DNA of 64,000 nucleotides, taken from the NCBI GenBank assembly GCA_018001695.1, contig JAGNHN010000002.1, positions 31,602 to 95,601 of the forward strand. Direction: 5' to 3'. Shown here in pieces: positions 48,985 to 57,900 of this stretch. Below the pieces are notes generated by a model. That model saw nothing but the letters and a program-made list of their open reading frames with translations, did not search any database and had not been told where the DNA came from. Both the position numbers and the translations under genes were made by a program. The stretch's first letter is position 1. Each line of letters begins with the position of its first letter. This stretch comes from Lentimicrobiaceae bacterium. GTDB taxonomy: Bacteria; Bacteroidota; Bacteroidia; Bacteroidales; JAGNHN01.

Positions 48985-49620
48985 ATGGTCTATAGAAAGA
49001 GAAAACACAACAGGATTTCGCCACGGCGGCAGACCTGGGATTACCGCTGGAATGGGGCATATTTCATTACCATCTGCACCAAGGACAGGGAAAGACATTT
49101 TGGCAGGGTCATCGATGGCCATATGCAGCTGTCGCCGTTGGGGGTCATAGCGGATATTTTGTGGTATGAAATCAAAAACCACGTAAATGACGTTGGATTA
49201 GACGCATTCGTGGTTATGCCGGACCATATCCACGGTATTTTGATTTTGCGTGGGGGGCCGTCGCCGGAAACAGGGACAGGGCATGCCCCGGAAACAGGGA
49301 CAGGGCATGCCCCGGAAACAGGGACAGGGCATGCCCCGGAAACAGGGACAGGGCATGCCCCGGAAACAGGGACAGGGCATGCCCTGTCCCTGTTTCCGGA
49401 TCGTTCAATCGGAAAAAAACGGTTTCAAAATATCGGTAAACGATCCGTTTCATCCATTATCGGTTCGTACAAATCGGCCGTGACCAAACATGCGCACCGG
49501 CTGGGATTTGATTTTGCCTGGCAAACACGGTTTCACGACCGTATTATCCGTGACGACGCATCTTTTGCACAGATCCAGGCCTATATCCGCAACAACCCGG
49601 CAAAATGGGATAAGGGATGA
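48985..49620 (+). mobile_element. HUH Y1 transposase-like gene (IS200/RAYT-like, COG1943 type) carrying an internal tandem repeat
   Basis: RRQTWDYRWNGAYFITICTKDRERHFG N-terminus. HUH motif VVMPDHIHGILIL. Tyr helix SIIGSYKSAVTKH. No IS ends or tnpB were seen, so it looks like a domesticated or REP-associated type rather than a complete IS. Confidence 0.7.
49264..49399 (+). repeat. Five perfect in-frame 24-bp tandem repeats (PETGTGHA x5) ending in a 40-bp perfect palindrome
   Basis: ccggaaacagggacagggcatgcc occurs five times (49264-49383) and is followed by ctgtccctgtttccgg. Positions 49360-49399 are self-complementary. Confidence 0.95.
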
Positions 49621-49669
49621 CAGGGGTTGTGAAAACCCATAGAGGGACATGTTCATATTTTCATACATG

Positions 49670-49727
49670 CCCTCTTCCTCTTCCTCTTCCTCTTCCTCTT
49701 CCTCCCCTTCTTCCTCCCCCTCTTCCT
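49670..49727 (+). repeat. 58-nt pure polypyrimidine tract with (CTCTTC)x5
   Basis: ccctcttcctcttcctcttcctcttcctcttcctccccttcttcctccccctcttcct lies between the transposase-like gene and the tRNA promoter. Confidence 0.95.
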
Positions 49728-49768
49728 AAAAAAATTTTCACCCCCTCTTGGTCGGTTCAAAATGTTCT

Positions 49769-49776
49769 TATCTTTG
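49769..49776 (+). promoter_or_regulatory. Candidate -7 promoter box TATCTTTG for the tRNA-Leu pair
   Basis: cttatctttgc lies 12 nt upstream of the mature tRNA 5' end. Confidence 0.45.
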
Positions 49777-49787
49777 CTGCCTCGTTT

Positions 49788-49870
49788 GCCCAGGTGGCGG
49801 AATTGGTAGACGCGCATGGTTGAGGGCCATGTTCCCCAAGGGAGTGCAAGTTCGATTCTTGTCCTGGGCA
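49788..49870 (+). tRNA. tRNA-Leu (anticodon GAG)
   Basis: Manual fold: acceptor gcccagg/cctgggc; D-loop aattggtaga; anticodon stem catgg/ccatg with loop ttGAGgg; long variable arm; T-arm gcaag-ttcgatt-cttgt. CCA is not encoded. Confidence 0.85.
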
Positions 49871-49894
49871 CAACAAACGTTCTTCAAATCGCCC

Positions 49895-49978
49895 GCCCAG
49901 ATGGCGAAATTGGTAGACGCGCTGGTTTCAGGGACCAGTTACCGCAAGGTAGTGCAGGTTCGACTCCTGTTCTGGGCA
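49895..49978 (+). tRNA. tRNA-Leu (anticodon CAG)
   Basis: Manual fold: acceptor gcccaga/tctgggc; anticodon stem ctggt/accag with loop ttCAGgg; long variable arm; T-arm gcagg-ttcgact-cctgt. CCA follows at 49979-49981. Confidence 0.85.
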
Positions 49979-49990
49979 CCAAAAACGTAA

Positions 49991-50022
49991 GGGACGCATC
50001 CTCCTGGTTGCGTCCCTTTTTT
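49991..50022 (+). terminator. Rho-independent terminator after the tRNA pair
   Basis: gggacgca-tcctcctggt-tgcgtccc followed by tttttt. Confidence 0.75.
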
Positions 50023-50055
50023 ATGTGTTAACCTCCGGCCCTCAGTGCGATCTCT

Positions 50056-50063
50056 TATCTTTG
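50056..50063 (+). promoter_or_regulatory. Candidate -7 promoter box TATCTTTG only 7 nt from ATG 50070
   Basis: The tcttatctttgccggtcATG spacing implies a leaderless or near-leaderless mRNA if the box is used. Confidence 0.35.
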
Positions 50064-50069
50064 CCGGTC

Positions 50070-51875
50070 ATGACCCGATTGCTGACAATCCTGCTGATGG
50101 CCTTTGCCATGCTGCGCCTGACCGCTCAAACCAGTCAGGAATTGCCTGCACAATCCGCATCAACAAGCCTGACAGACAGCATCAGCACGCTGCTAACATG
50201 GAAGGCCCGACTGGATGCCATCCGCATCCTCCCGGATGATCCCATCGAGAGACTGCTCACCCTGAATGAGATAGAGCAAGGACGCGGGGTTTACGACCGC
50301 CTTACCGGCCGGTTTAAACAAGCATCGCCCCCCGCTTCAGATAAGCAGGCATTGTACGATGCCTGGGTATCCCTGGGACAGAGCCTTCAGCGGCTGGATA
50401 ACATGCAGAAATCAAGTACCTGGACACTACATGAGGCCTATCACCGGCGTGCAACGCGGTTTCTCAATACAGGCGACAGCCTCAATGCCAGGGTGGCTCT
50501 GCGCCGCGCACTGGATGCCAATCCGGCTTACGCACCCTCCGCCTCTGCGATGATCCGTCTCCTGCTCGACGCGCGTGAAACCGGCGCAGCCGTGCAAAGT
50601 GGACTGGCGTTCTCGCGCTCCACCAAAGAGACAAACGCGCGTGATTCTTTGCTGGCAATGCTCTCACCCTATATGCAGGCCGTGCGTGCATGGCAGCTAA
50701 CGGAAGCGCATACACAGGCCCTGGGATATATCGATAGCCTCCTCGTCGTTTATCGCTGGGAGCCAGCGGCTCAAAACCTGCTGCATGACCTGGAGGACTT
50801 GTCGAGAACGGCCATACTGCAAGCCTATCTGGATGTCGCTGAGACCTCAGTCAAATCAGGAAATCCCCGCCTTGCCCGTCACTACCGCGAACTGGCATCT
50901 GTGCAGGCGGAAGCCTGGTCCCTGAAGCTGCCTGAGGCTCCCACACAAGCTGCAGCCCTCGCCCAGCGTCCCGCCCAGACACTTCCCATTGCCAAACAGC
51001 CCTATACAGCCATGGAGCCCAGACCGACCAGCAGACCCACCTTAACTTCCCCTCCTTCTACCAAACAACAGGACAGGGAAAACGAGCTGCTGATGTCATT
51101 GTCCGAAACCAGGTTGCAAGCCTGGCAGGGCGACAGTATGGCTGTAGCTGCGTACCTGGCCCGCATCGATGCCTGTCTGGAAGACGATCAGGGATCAGAA
51201 GCGCTCGCAGATGCCCGTGAGCAGATCAGCCAGGAATGGCAGCTTTACCTTTGCCGTCAGAGGGCAGGCAGAGCGGAAGCCTTGCTGTATGCCTCGGAAA
51301 AACATGCAAAAGCAGGAAACTGGCGTCAGGCGCTGGATGCCTTCCAGCAGGCCCGCCAGACCAGCCAGGACCATAATGCCTGCACTAATCACTTCCCGGT
51401 ACCCCTCGTGGTGCCAACCCTCTACATCAATGCAGCAGCGTATGAAGATATGATCGCCCAATCATACCTGGCGCTCGAAGAAGGAGATTATTATCGAAGT
51501 GATTCCATCCTACTAACTGCCAACAGCTTACATCACAGAAACATTGGTCCAGAGCGGGGGCCGGCCATGGTGGATTTCGGAACGATGATCCAACACTTTC
51601 CCTACCCATCCTATCTCCTGCACCGCAGCCGTGTTGCCATGCAGGCAGATCATCTCCCTGAAGCCCTGGCCTACCTGGAGCAATACCGTCTTGCTGATGG
51701 CGATCCAACAACATCATCCTCACTGCAGCAGGAACTTGGACAGAAGCTGGCTGCCCACGACCTCCGTACTTCGCACCTGCGAAACCCCAAGACCTTACTG
51801 GCAGGCCATGTCCCTATGAACGCCTGGTACCGCCCACTGATCCGGGCTTATCAGCAACGGTTCCGTAAAGGTTAG
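50070..51875 (+). CDS. Secreted Ala/Leu/Gln-rich helical-repeat (TPR-like) protein, function unknown
   Basis: Signal peptide MTRLLTILLMAFAMLRLTAQ at ATG 50070; the ORF-track start at 50025 is upstream and has no signal peptide. No catalytic motifs recognised. Confidence 0.6.
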   Translation: MTRLLTILLMAFAMLRLTAQTSQELPAQSASTSLTDSISTLLTWKARLDAIRILPDDPIERLLTLNEIEQGRGVYDRLTGRFKQASPPASDKQALYDAWVSLGQSLQRLDNMQKSSTWTLHEAYHRRATRFLNTGDSLNARVALRRALDANPAYAPSASAMIRLLLDARETGAAVQSGLAFSRSTKETNARDSLLAMLSPYMQAVRAWQLTEAHTQALGYIDSLLVVYRWEPAAQNLLHDLEDLSRTAILQAYLDVAETSVKSGNPRLARHYRELASVQAEAWSLKLPEAPTQAAALAQRPAQTLPIAKQPYTAMEPRPTSRPTLTSPPSTKQQDRENELLMSLSETRLQAWQGDSMAVAAYLARIDACLEDDQGSEALADAREQISQEWQLYLCRQRAGRAEALLYASEKHAKAGNWRQALDAFQQARQTSQDHNACTNHFPVPLVVPTLYINAAAYEDMIAQSYLALEEGDYYRSDSILLTANSLHHRNIGPERGPAMVDFGTMIQHFPYPSYLLHRSRVAMQADHLPEALAYLEQYRLADGDPTTSSSLQQELGQKLAAHDLRTSHLRNPKTLLAGHVPMNAWYRPLIRAYQQRFRKG

Positions 51876-51897
51876 CCAGGGATTGAAGGGGATTGAT

Positions 51898-51905
51898 TAT
51901 CTTTG
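51898..51905 (+). promoter_or_regulatory. Candidate -7 promoter box TATCTTTG for pepE
   Basis: gattatctttgc lies 35 nt upstream of ATG 51940. Confidence 0.4.
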
Positions 51906-51939
51906 CGGCAAGTCAAGGACGTCAAAAACACATAACCAT

Positions 51940-52674
51940 ATGAAGAAACTGCTGTTGATCAGTAACTCCACCAATGCCGGTGAAGCCTACCTGGGTTGGC
52001 CCAGGCCTTTTATCCAGGAATTTGCCCTTAAGCACGGGGTCAAGGATATCCTATTCATTCCATACGCAGGGATTGGTATCCACCCTCATGATGAAATGGA
52101 AGCCTACAACCTGTATGAAAAAAAGGTGCAGTCGGTGTTTTCGGAATTAGGGCTGAACATCCATTCGATCCACCACGAAAGCAACCCAACGGCAGCTGTT
52201 GTGAAAGCTGATTGCGTGGCCGTTGGCGGCGGTAATACCTGGTACCTCGTCCATAAGATGCAGCAGCTGGGATTAATGCAAGCCATCGGCAACCGGGCCG
52301 AAGAAGGCATGCCCTATATGGGATGGAGTGCAGGATCCAATGTGGCCTGTCCAACCCTGCGTACGACCAATGATATGCCCATTATTGAGCCTGCCAGTTT
52401 CAACTGCATGAACCTGATACCTTTCCAGATTAATCCGCATTACCTGGATGCCAATCCGGAAGGACATGGTGGAGAGACGCGTCAGCAGCGTATTGAAGAG
52501 TTTCTCGTCGTTAACCCGACGATTGCTGTCGCAGGCCTCCGTGAAGCCAGCCTGCTGGAAGTGACCGGAGATCATATGCTTCTGAAGGGATATAAGCCCT
52601 TGAGGCTGTTCCGCTTCGGCCAGGAGCCACAGGAATTGGAATCCGGTAGCGACCTGAGCTTCCTGTTGGCATAA
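51940..52674 (+). CDS. pepE: Dipeptidase E (peptidase S51, alpha-aspartyl dipeptidase)
   Basis: MKKLLLISNST.., VGGGNTWYL, YMGWSAGSNVACPTLRTTNDMPIIEP..NLIPFQINPHY..EGHGGETRQQRIEEFL closely parallels E. coli PepE. The ORF-track start at 51883 is a TTG. Confidence 0.88.
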   Translation: MKKLLLISNSTNAGEAYLGWPRPFIQEFALKHGVKDILFIPYAGIGIHPHDEMEAYNLYEKKVQSVFSELGLNIHSIHHESNPTAAVVKADCVAVGGGNTWYLVHKMQQLGLMQAIGNRAEEGMPYMGWSAGSNVACPTLRTTNDMPIIEPASFNCMNLIPFQINPHYLDANPEGHGGETRQQRIEEFLVVNPTIAVAGLREASLLEVTGDHMLLKGYKPLRLFRFGQEPQELESGSDLSFLLA

Positions 52675-52726
52675 AGCAGGCAAGTCCACACGAAACATGC
52701 ATAAAAGAGAATAAGAACGTGTTTTT

Positions 52727-52734
52727 TACGTTTG
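52727..52734 (+). promoter_or_regulatory. Candidate -7 promoter box TACGTTTG for the DUF4301 gene
   Basis: Matches TAnnTTTG, 26 nt upstream of ATG 52760. Confidence 0.4.
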
Positions 52735-52759
52735 CACCTTATCATTTATCCTATCCAAA

Positions 52760-54304
52760 ATGTTGAACCAGGAAGACCTCAGGCAGATTAAGGCGAAGGG
52801 GATAGAACCCAGTACCCTTGAGGAGCAGATCCGGATATTCAGGCAGGGCATTCCTTATGTAACCCTCGACAGGCCCGCCACATCAGGGGATGGTATCATA
52901 GCCCTGGAATCCAAACAGGCACAGGACCTGGCCCGTATCTTTGACGAAAGCCGGACCCGGTATGAAATACAGAAGTTTGTACCTGCGTCGGGAGCCGCAA
53001 GCCGGATGTTTAAAGACCTTCATGAATACATGGAGGCACTCGGTGACCAGACTGGAATGGATACCAACACACTCGAAAAAGAATACCCTGCTGTTCAACA
53101 GTTCTTTCGTTTCTTCAGCAGTTTCGCTTTTTTTGAGGATCTGAAAGACAGGCTCAAAGCTGATGGCAAAGAGATCCGTCAGTTGCTGAATAAAAGAGAC
53201 CATGCCACATTGCTGGATTACCTCCTCAACAAGCGCGGCCTGGCTTATGCCTCCCTGCCCAAAGGCATGCTGAAGTTCCACAATTATGAAAATAGCTCCC
53301 GTACGGCGATGGAAGAGCACCTCGTTGAGGCCGCTTTCTACACCCGCCGGGACGACGGACTGATCCGCATCCATTTCACTGTCTCCGCTGAACATGAAAA
53401 GGGTTTCCGTGAGCTGGTAGACCGTCTGATACCTCAATATGAACAACGTTATGGGGTTCGTTATGAAATTACCTTTTCCCGACAGGATGAGTCGACGGAT
53501 ACCATTGCCGTAGATCCTGACAACGAACCGTTCAGAGATGAAGACGGCCGCCTGCTTTTCCGTCCGGGAGGTCATGGTGCTTTGCTTAAAAACCTGCAGG
53601 ACCTGGATGGTGACGTCGTTTTCATCAAGAATATTGACAACGTGGTACCAGACCGCCTGAAACAGGAGACATACCTGTATAAAAAAGTAATTGGAGGACT
53701 ACTCCTGAAGACACGTCGGCGTATCTCCGATATGCTGATGCTGCTCGAAAACGGCGAGCTGTCCGACAGTCTTTTTCAGGAAATATACACCTTTTGTACA
53801 CAAGAGTTAAAGATATCATTGCCACAGGATTATCTCTTCCTCACGGATAAAGAACGTATCGACCTGGCCTTTGCCGTCCTCAATCGCCCGATACGTGTAT
53901 GTGGTATGGTACGCAATGAAGGGGAACCGGGTGGAGGTCCTTTCTGGGTGTTGCAACAAGATGGTACGGTTAACCTGCAGATCGTAGAAAGCTCCCAGGT
54001 GAATCGCAGGGATGAAGCCCAGAACAGCATCCTGATGCAGGCCACGCACTTCAACCCTGTGGACCTGGTATGCAGCCTAAGGGATTACAAGAATGAGGCT
54101 TTTAACCTCCCTGATTTTGTTGACCCGGAGACCGGCTTCATCGCTGAAAAATCCTACCAGGGAAGGAAACTGAAGGCTCTGGAGCTGCCAGGTTTATGGA
54201 ACGGTGCCATGGCCAGTTGGATCACCCTCTTTGTTGAGGTACCCATTATAACCTTCAATCCGGTTAAAACCATCAATGATCTGCTTCGGAAAGAGCATCA
54301 GTAG
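52760..54304 (+). CDS. DUF4301-family protein (NTP-transferase-like, Bacteroidota-typical)
   Basis: 514 aa. The N-terminus (EDLRQIKAKGIEPSTLEEQIRIFRQGIPYVTLDRPAT) and overall size match my recollection of DUF4301 proteins. Not verified by search. Confidence 0.6.
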   Translation: MLNQEDLRQIKAKGIEPSTLEEQIRIFRQGIPYVTLDRPATSGDGIIALESKQAQDLARIFDESRTRYEIQKFVPASGAASRMFKDLHEYMEALGDQTGMDTNTLEKEYPAVQQFFRFFSSFAFFEDLKDRLKADGKEIRQLLNKRDHATLLDYLLNKRGLAYASLPKGMLKFHNYENSSRTAMEEHLVEAAFYTRRDDGLIRIHFTVSAEHEKGFRELVDRLIPQYEQRYGVRYEITFSRQDESTDTIAVDPDNEPFRDEDGRLLFRPGGHGALLKNLQDLDGDVVFIKNIDNVVPDRLKQETYLYKKVIGGLLLKTRRRISDMLMLLENGELSDSLFQEIYTFCTQELKISLPQDYLFLTDKERIDLAFAVLNRPIRVCGMVRNEGEPGGGPFWVLQQDGTVNLQIVESSQVNRRDEAQNSILMQATHFNPVDLVCSLRDYKNEAFNLPDFVDPETGFIAEKSYQGRKLKALELPGLWNGAMASWITLFVEVPIITFNPVKTINDLLRKEHQ

Positions 54305-54953
54305 AACCAGGTTCCTGAATGTCCTCCAGCACCACTTTCTTCCTTTTAAGACTCAGCTTCTTCTCTGTTCCTGACAGCAGGCGCACGATATTTCTTCTGT
54401 GTGTAATAGGGATTACAAGCGCAACGCCGATGGCATAGGCAATCATGACCGGTGTTTCGTTGAATACAAGCCCCGCAAGTAAAGGCATGCTCAGGCCGCT
54501 GATGATACTTCCCAGCGATACCAGGCGTGTCAGAGAGAAGATGATGAGAAAAACACCGATGGTACAGGCAAAGGTGAGTGGAAATAAACCCAGTGCGGTA
54601 CCCAGAAAGGTTGCCACGCCTTTGCCTCCCTTGAAACCGGCTAATACGGGAAATATGTGGCCCAGGACCGCCATCATGGCCATGATTACCATGAGAAAAT
54701 CCTGATCGCCCATGAATGCGGCCGCAGCCGGAAACTGCGCAGCCACCCGCACGGCGAGGAACCCCTTGAGCATATCAACAATAAGGACTACAATGCCAAT
54801 CCATGTTCCCAACACACGTATCATATTGGTAGCACCTGCATTGCCGCTGCCGTGTTCCCGGATATCAATACCCTTCAGCAGCTTGCCAAGCCATACCGCC
54901 GAAGGTATGGATCCCAGTAAATACGCCGTAAGGAGGGCAAAGACAACCTGCAT
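54273..54953 (-). CDS. plsY: Glycerol-3-phosphate acyltransferase PlsY
   Basis: LLGSIPSAVWLGK..DIREHGSGNAGATN signature in a polytopic membrane protein. Its 3' end overlaps the convergent DUF4301 gene by 32 nt. Confidence 0.88.
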   Translation of the reverse strand: MQVVFALLTAYLLGSIPSAVWLGKLLKGIDIREHGSGNAGATNMIRVLGTWIGIVVLIVDMLKGFLAVRVAAQFPAAAAFMGDQDFLMVIMAMMAVLGHIFPVLAGFKGGKGVATFLGTALGLFPLTFACTIGVFLIIFSLTRLVSLGSIISGLSMPLLAGLVFNETPVMIAYAIGVALVIPITHRRNIVRLLSGTEKKLSLKRKKVVLEDIQEPGSTDALSEADH

Positions 54954-54962
54954 AAGCCTGAT

Positions 54963-57900
54963 TTATTCTGTTTCTTCCTGCTGGAAATACCTGATAACGA
55001 AATCCCTCCGCTTACGCTCGGTCGAGATGATATAGCGGAAGGTTTGCTCGCCCTTCTTGGTATCCATGGTTCTTTTCTCGGGTTTCTCCTCCCGAATAAC
55101 GGTATTAAACGCTTCATTGGATGAGATGGCCTGCATCAGTCCACGCGTATAATTGAAATAATACCATGACTTTGGACCTGCCTCGAGATACAAGGTCAGG
55201 ATGTCCCCAGACCTTTTACGCTCAATAACGAGCATGCCCGGAATCTCCCTGTTCAGCTGCTTACCCCCGACAGCAGCCAATCCGATATTTCCACGGCTCA
55301 CCCACATGCGCTCACCCTCTTTCCAGTCCATCTCTACCTTCGACAGTATCACGGCCTGTTGCAGGGGTTGGGGTGTTTTTCGCAAGGTACCGTACATGCT
55401 CAGTTCTCGGAGCACATCCGTTGCTTCCTCCTGTCCTAGCAGGGATTGCAGCGCTCCAGGATACCATCCCTCCTGGGGATCACCGGCGGCAAGGTTGGCT
55501 ACCTCCAGATCCCTTGCCATTTCCTGCAATGCAGCCTGTGAAAAGAAGAAATCCATGAAGAAAGCCACTTCCGCCATGGTGGAATCCGGAATGACCAAAT
55601 GCTTTATCTGCCCGTATCCAAAGGAGGACACCTGGGGAAGATCAGCATTGATACGCACCTCTCCTTCTCCTGTCAGGACACAATTGCGTTTGTTGTATTC
55701 CACATAATTCCCTGCCTCCTCCTCCCCTTTCAGGCGCTGCAGCGGCCCGGCCTGATAGGATTGCTTCTCCTTATTGTATGTGATCGCTCCGCCTGCAGTC
55801 ATTACCGTTTCGTCACTGTAGTTCAGCCTGTTCCTGAGGAATGCCGGATACATCCCGGCCTCTGTATTGGAATACAAGACCCCTAATTGGACCGGCTTGT
55901 TATTGATGTCTTTAAGCTGGGCCTCCAGCGGCAAGATCACATCAGCGGGATCGACAGGCGATTCAAACCTAACCCAGGGATGCTGGATGGTATCGCAGTC
56001 CTGATTGATCCGGAATCCACCTGAAAAAGTGAGATGAGGTGAGGGTGCATCCAGGTTCACCTTGCCCTGGAAGGTAAAAGCCGGGTTGAGATAGAAGCTG
56101 TCTGCTTCAGCAATATCACCCTTGCCATATGTTTTACTTTCAGCCACCCCAATGGTATGAAGGTGGACCACTTCTGCCTCGCTTCCGGCAGCAGCATACA
56201 GGTATTTTCCGTTGGCGGCATATTGCTGACGGCCATGTACATTCACCGTGGCTTGTGTAATCAGGTGGTAACGGGTATTCACATCAGCAAGAATAACGGC
56301 ATCACTGAGTGTACCCATCTCAGCCTGCCGGTATATCGTTACTTTCCGACCTGCAGGGTAAATGGCGGCATCAGCAACCCGCATGTGATAGACACCCTCA
56401 GCTGTGATCACATTCTCTTTCAGGTCAAAGACGCCCCTGTCGGCATAGAACCGCAGCGAATCCTGGGCCTTATGGGTGGAAACAAATTCAGATCCTGTAA
56501 TGTCTGCATCCACCAGAGCCGGGTAATCAAGGCCCTCGAGATCCGGCCGCTTGACGCGTGTATTGCGCAACGCAATCTGGTCCTTATCCATCAGCCAGGT
56601 ACATTCATCCATGAAACTGATATAGTCGTTGAGCGGGAAGGCCACCTGGGCCAAGCCTCCATTGGACAGGAACTTCCCCTGACGTGTCTCCAGGTTGATA
56701 TGAGCCTGATAATTGGTAATGGAAAAAGCAAGCTCGTTCAGGTCGTACGAGTTCAGCCTGAAATCCGCCGTATCAGCCGTGAACTCCCTGTGCATGAAGC
56801 TGTAGCCGTCTGACTCCATCACAGCCTTGTCGAATTGCATACTACCCTTACCGTTCAGTCCGAGGGGAGAGAGGCGTAACATGCCATCCAGCCTTGCCTC
56901 CCGTGCATACATCTGCATAGGCCTGGACGTTGTAGTCAGCATCATATGATCTTCATAGGGCAGCCAGGTCATGGCCACCTGCTCACCCTGGACGTCGGGA
57001 TACATCACGCCCTTACTGACCGATTCCATATCCAGGGTACTTAACATGGCTTCAGATGAATCGGGAAAGAAGAGGAATTCCTGTGAATGTGCTGTGGCAT
57101 TGAGATAGTGAAGCTCGCCTCTGCCACGCAAACCCTTATTGCTCAGATCAATAACGTTACTATACTTCCCCTTTCCACCATAGATGGGGTACCCACTGAT
57201 GGGCGTCTGGGTCACGAAACCGAGGCTGTAATCCGGCTGGACCTTCAAGGGCATGTGAATATCCGGGAAAATCCCTGCTGAATTCAGGTAGCCGGCGAAG
57301 GATAGCGCGTTGGTACTGAAGTTATCCAGACTGTCAATCGTAAAAGGATCTATACGGTAATAAAAACGCTCACGCTCATACACCCCACCGTAGATCGAAG
57401 GCTGGTCATAATAGACGAATGCTTCGGTGCCGCATTTGAAGATCGGGTATTCGGGATGCGGATCTTTTCCGCTCTTGTTTTTGGGATAATCAATGAGCAA
57501 CTCGCCGCTCAGGTCCTGTAAGGCTGTCTGGACAGGCATCCATGTATAGAATCCATTATTATCGGGCGTAAAGCTGCGCACCCTGAAACGCATGGAGTCG
57601 ATGGTGGGCATGGATATACGGAAGGTCTCATAGTCGAATGCGCTACCCTTGGTCTGAAAATGAAAGTTACCTGCCCTGACCACGCCTGAGAACAGGAAGT
57701 CTCTATCCTTTTTCATGACGATTTCCTGATTCTCAGGAATAATCACAACATTCTGGGAATCACTCAGGTAAACGAAAGGCACTCCCCGCAATCTGAGGTC
57801 AAAATCGAGCAGGCTGAGGCTGGCATTGGGCAGGGCGGTGATGGTTGACTGGAAGGTGATGACGTCATGGTCCATCCTACCGGAGCGGGCCTGGAGGTAA

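Noticed and set aside
49264-49383. Possible CRISPR array.
   Set aside because: The 24-bp units are directly adjacent with no spacers. They are in frame inside a CDS, and no cas genes are present.
49788-49981. The tRNA-Leu pair as the attachment site of an integrated element or prophage.
   Set aside because: No integrase or recombinase gene, no phage or conjugation genes, and no direct repeat of the tRNA 3' end were noticed in the window. It is kept only as a possible island boundary.
49617-50031. ORFs 49617-49823, 49653-49871, 49748-49990 and 49816-50031.
   Set aside because: They are read through the polypyrimidine tract (PLPLPLPL...) and through the two tRNA-Leu genes, so they are not protein-coding.
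54273-54304. The 32-nt convergent overlap of DUF4301 and plsY, and the 18-nt overlap at 21592-21609.
   Set aside because: Short 3'-3' overlaps of convergent genes are common and need no special explanation. They could only reflect slightly mis-set C-termini.
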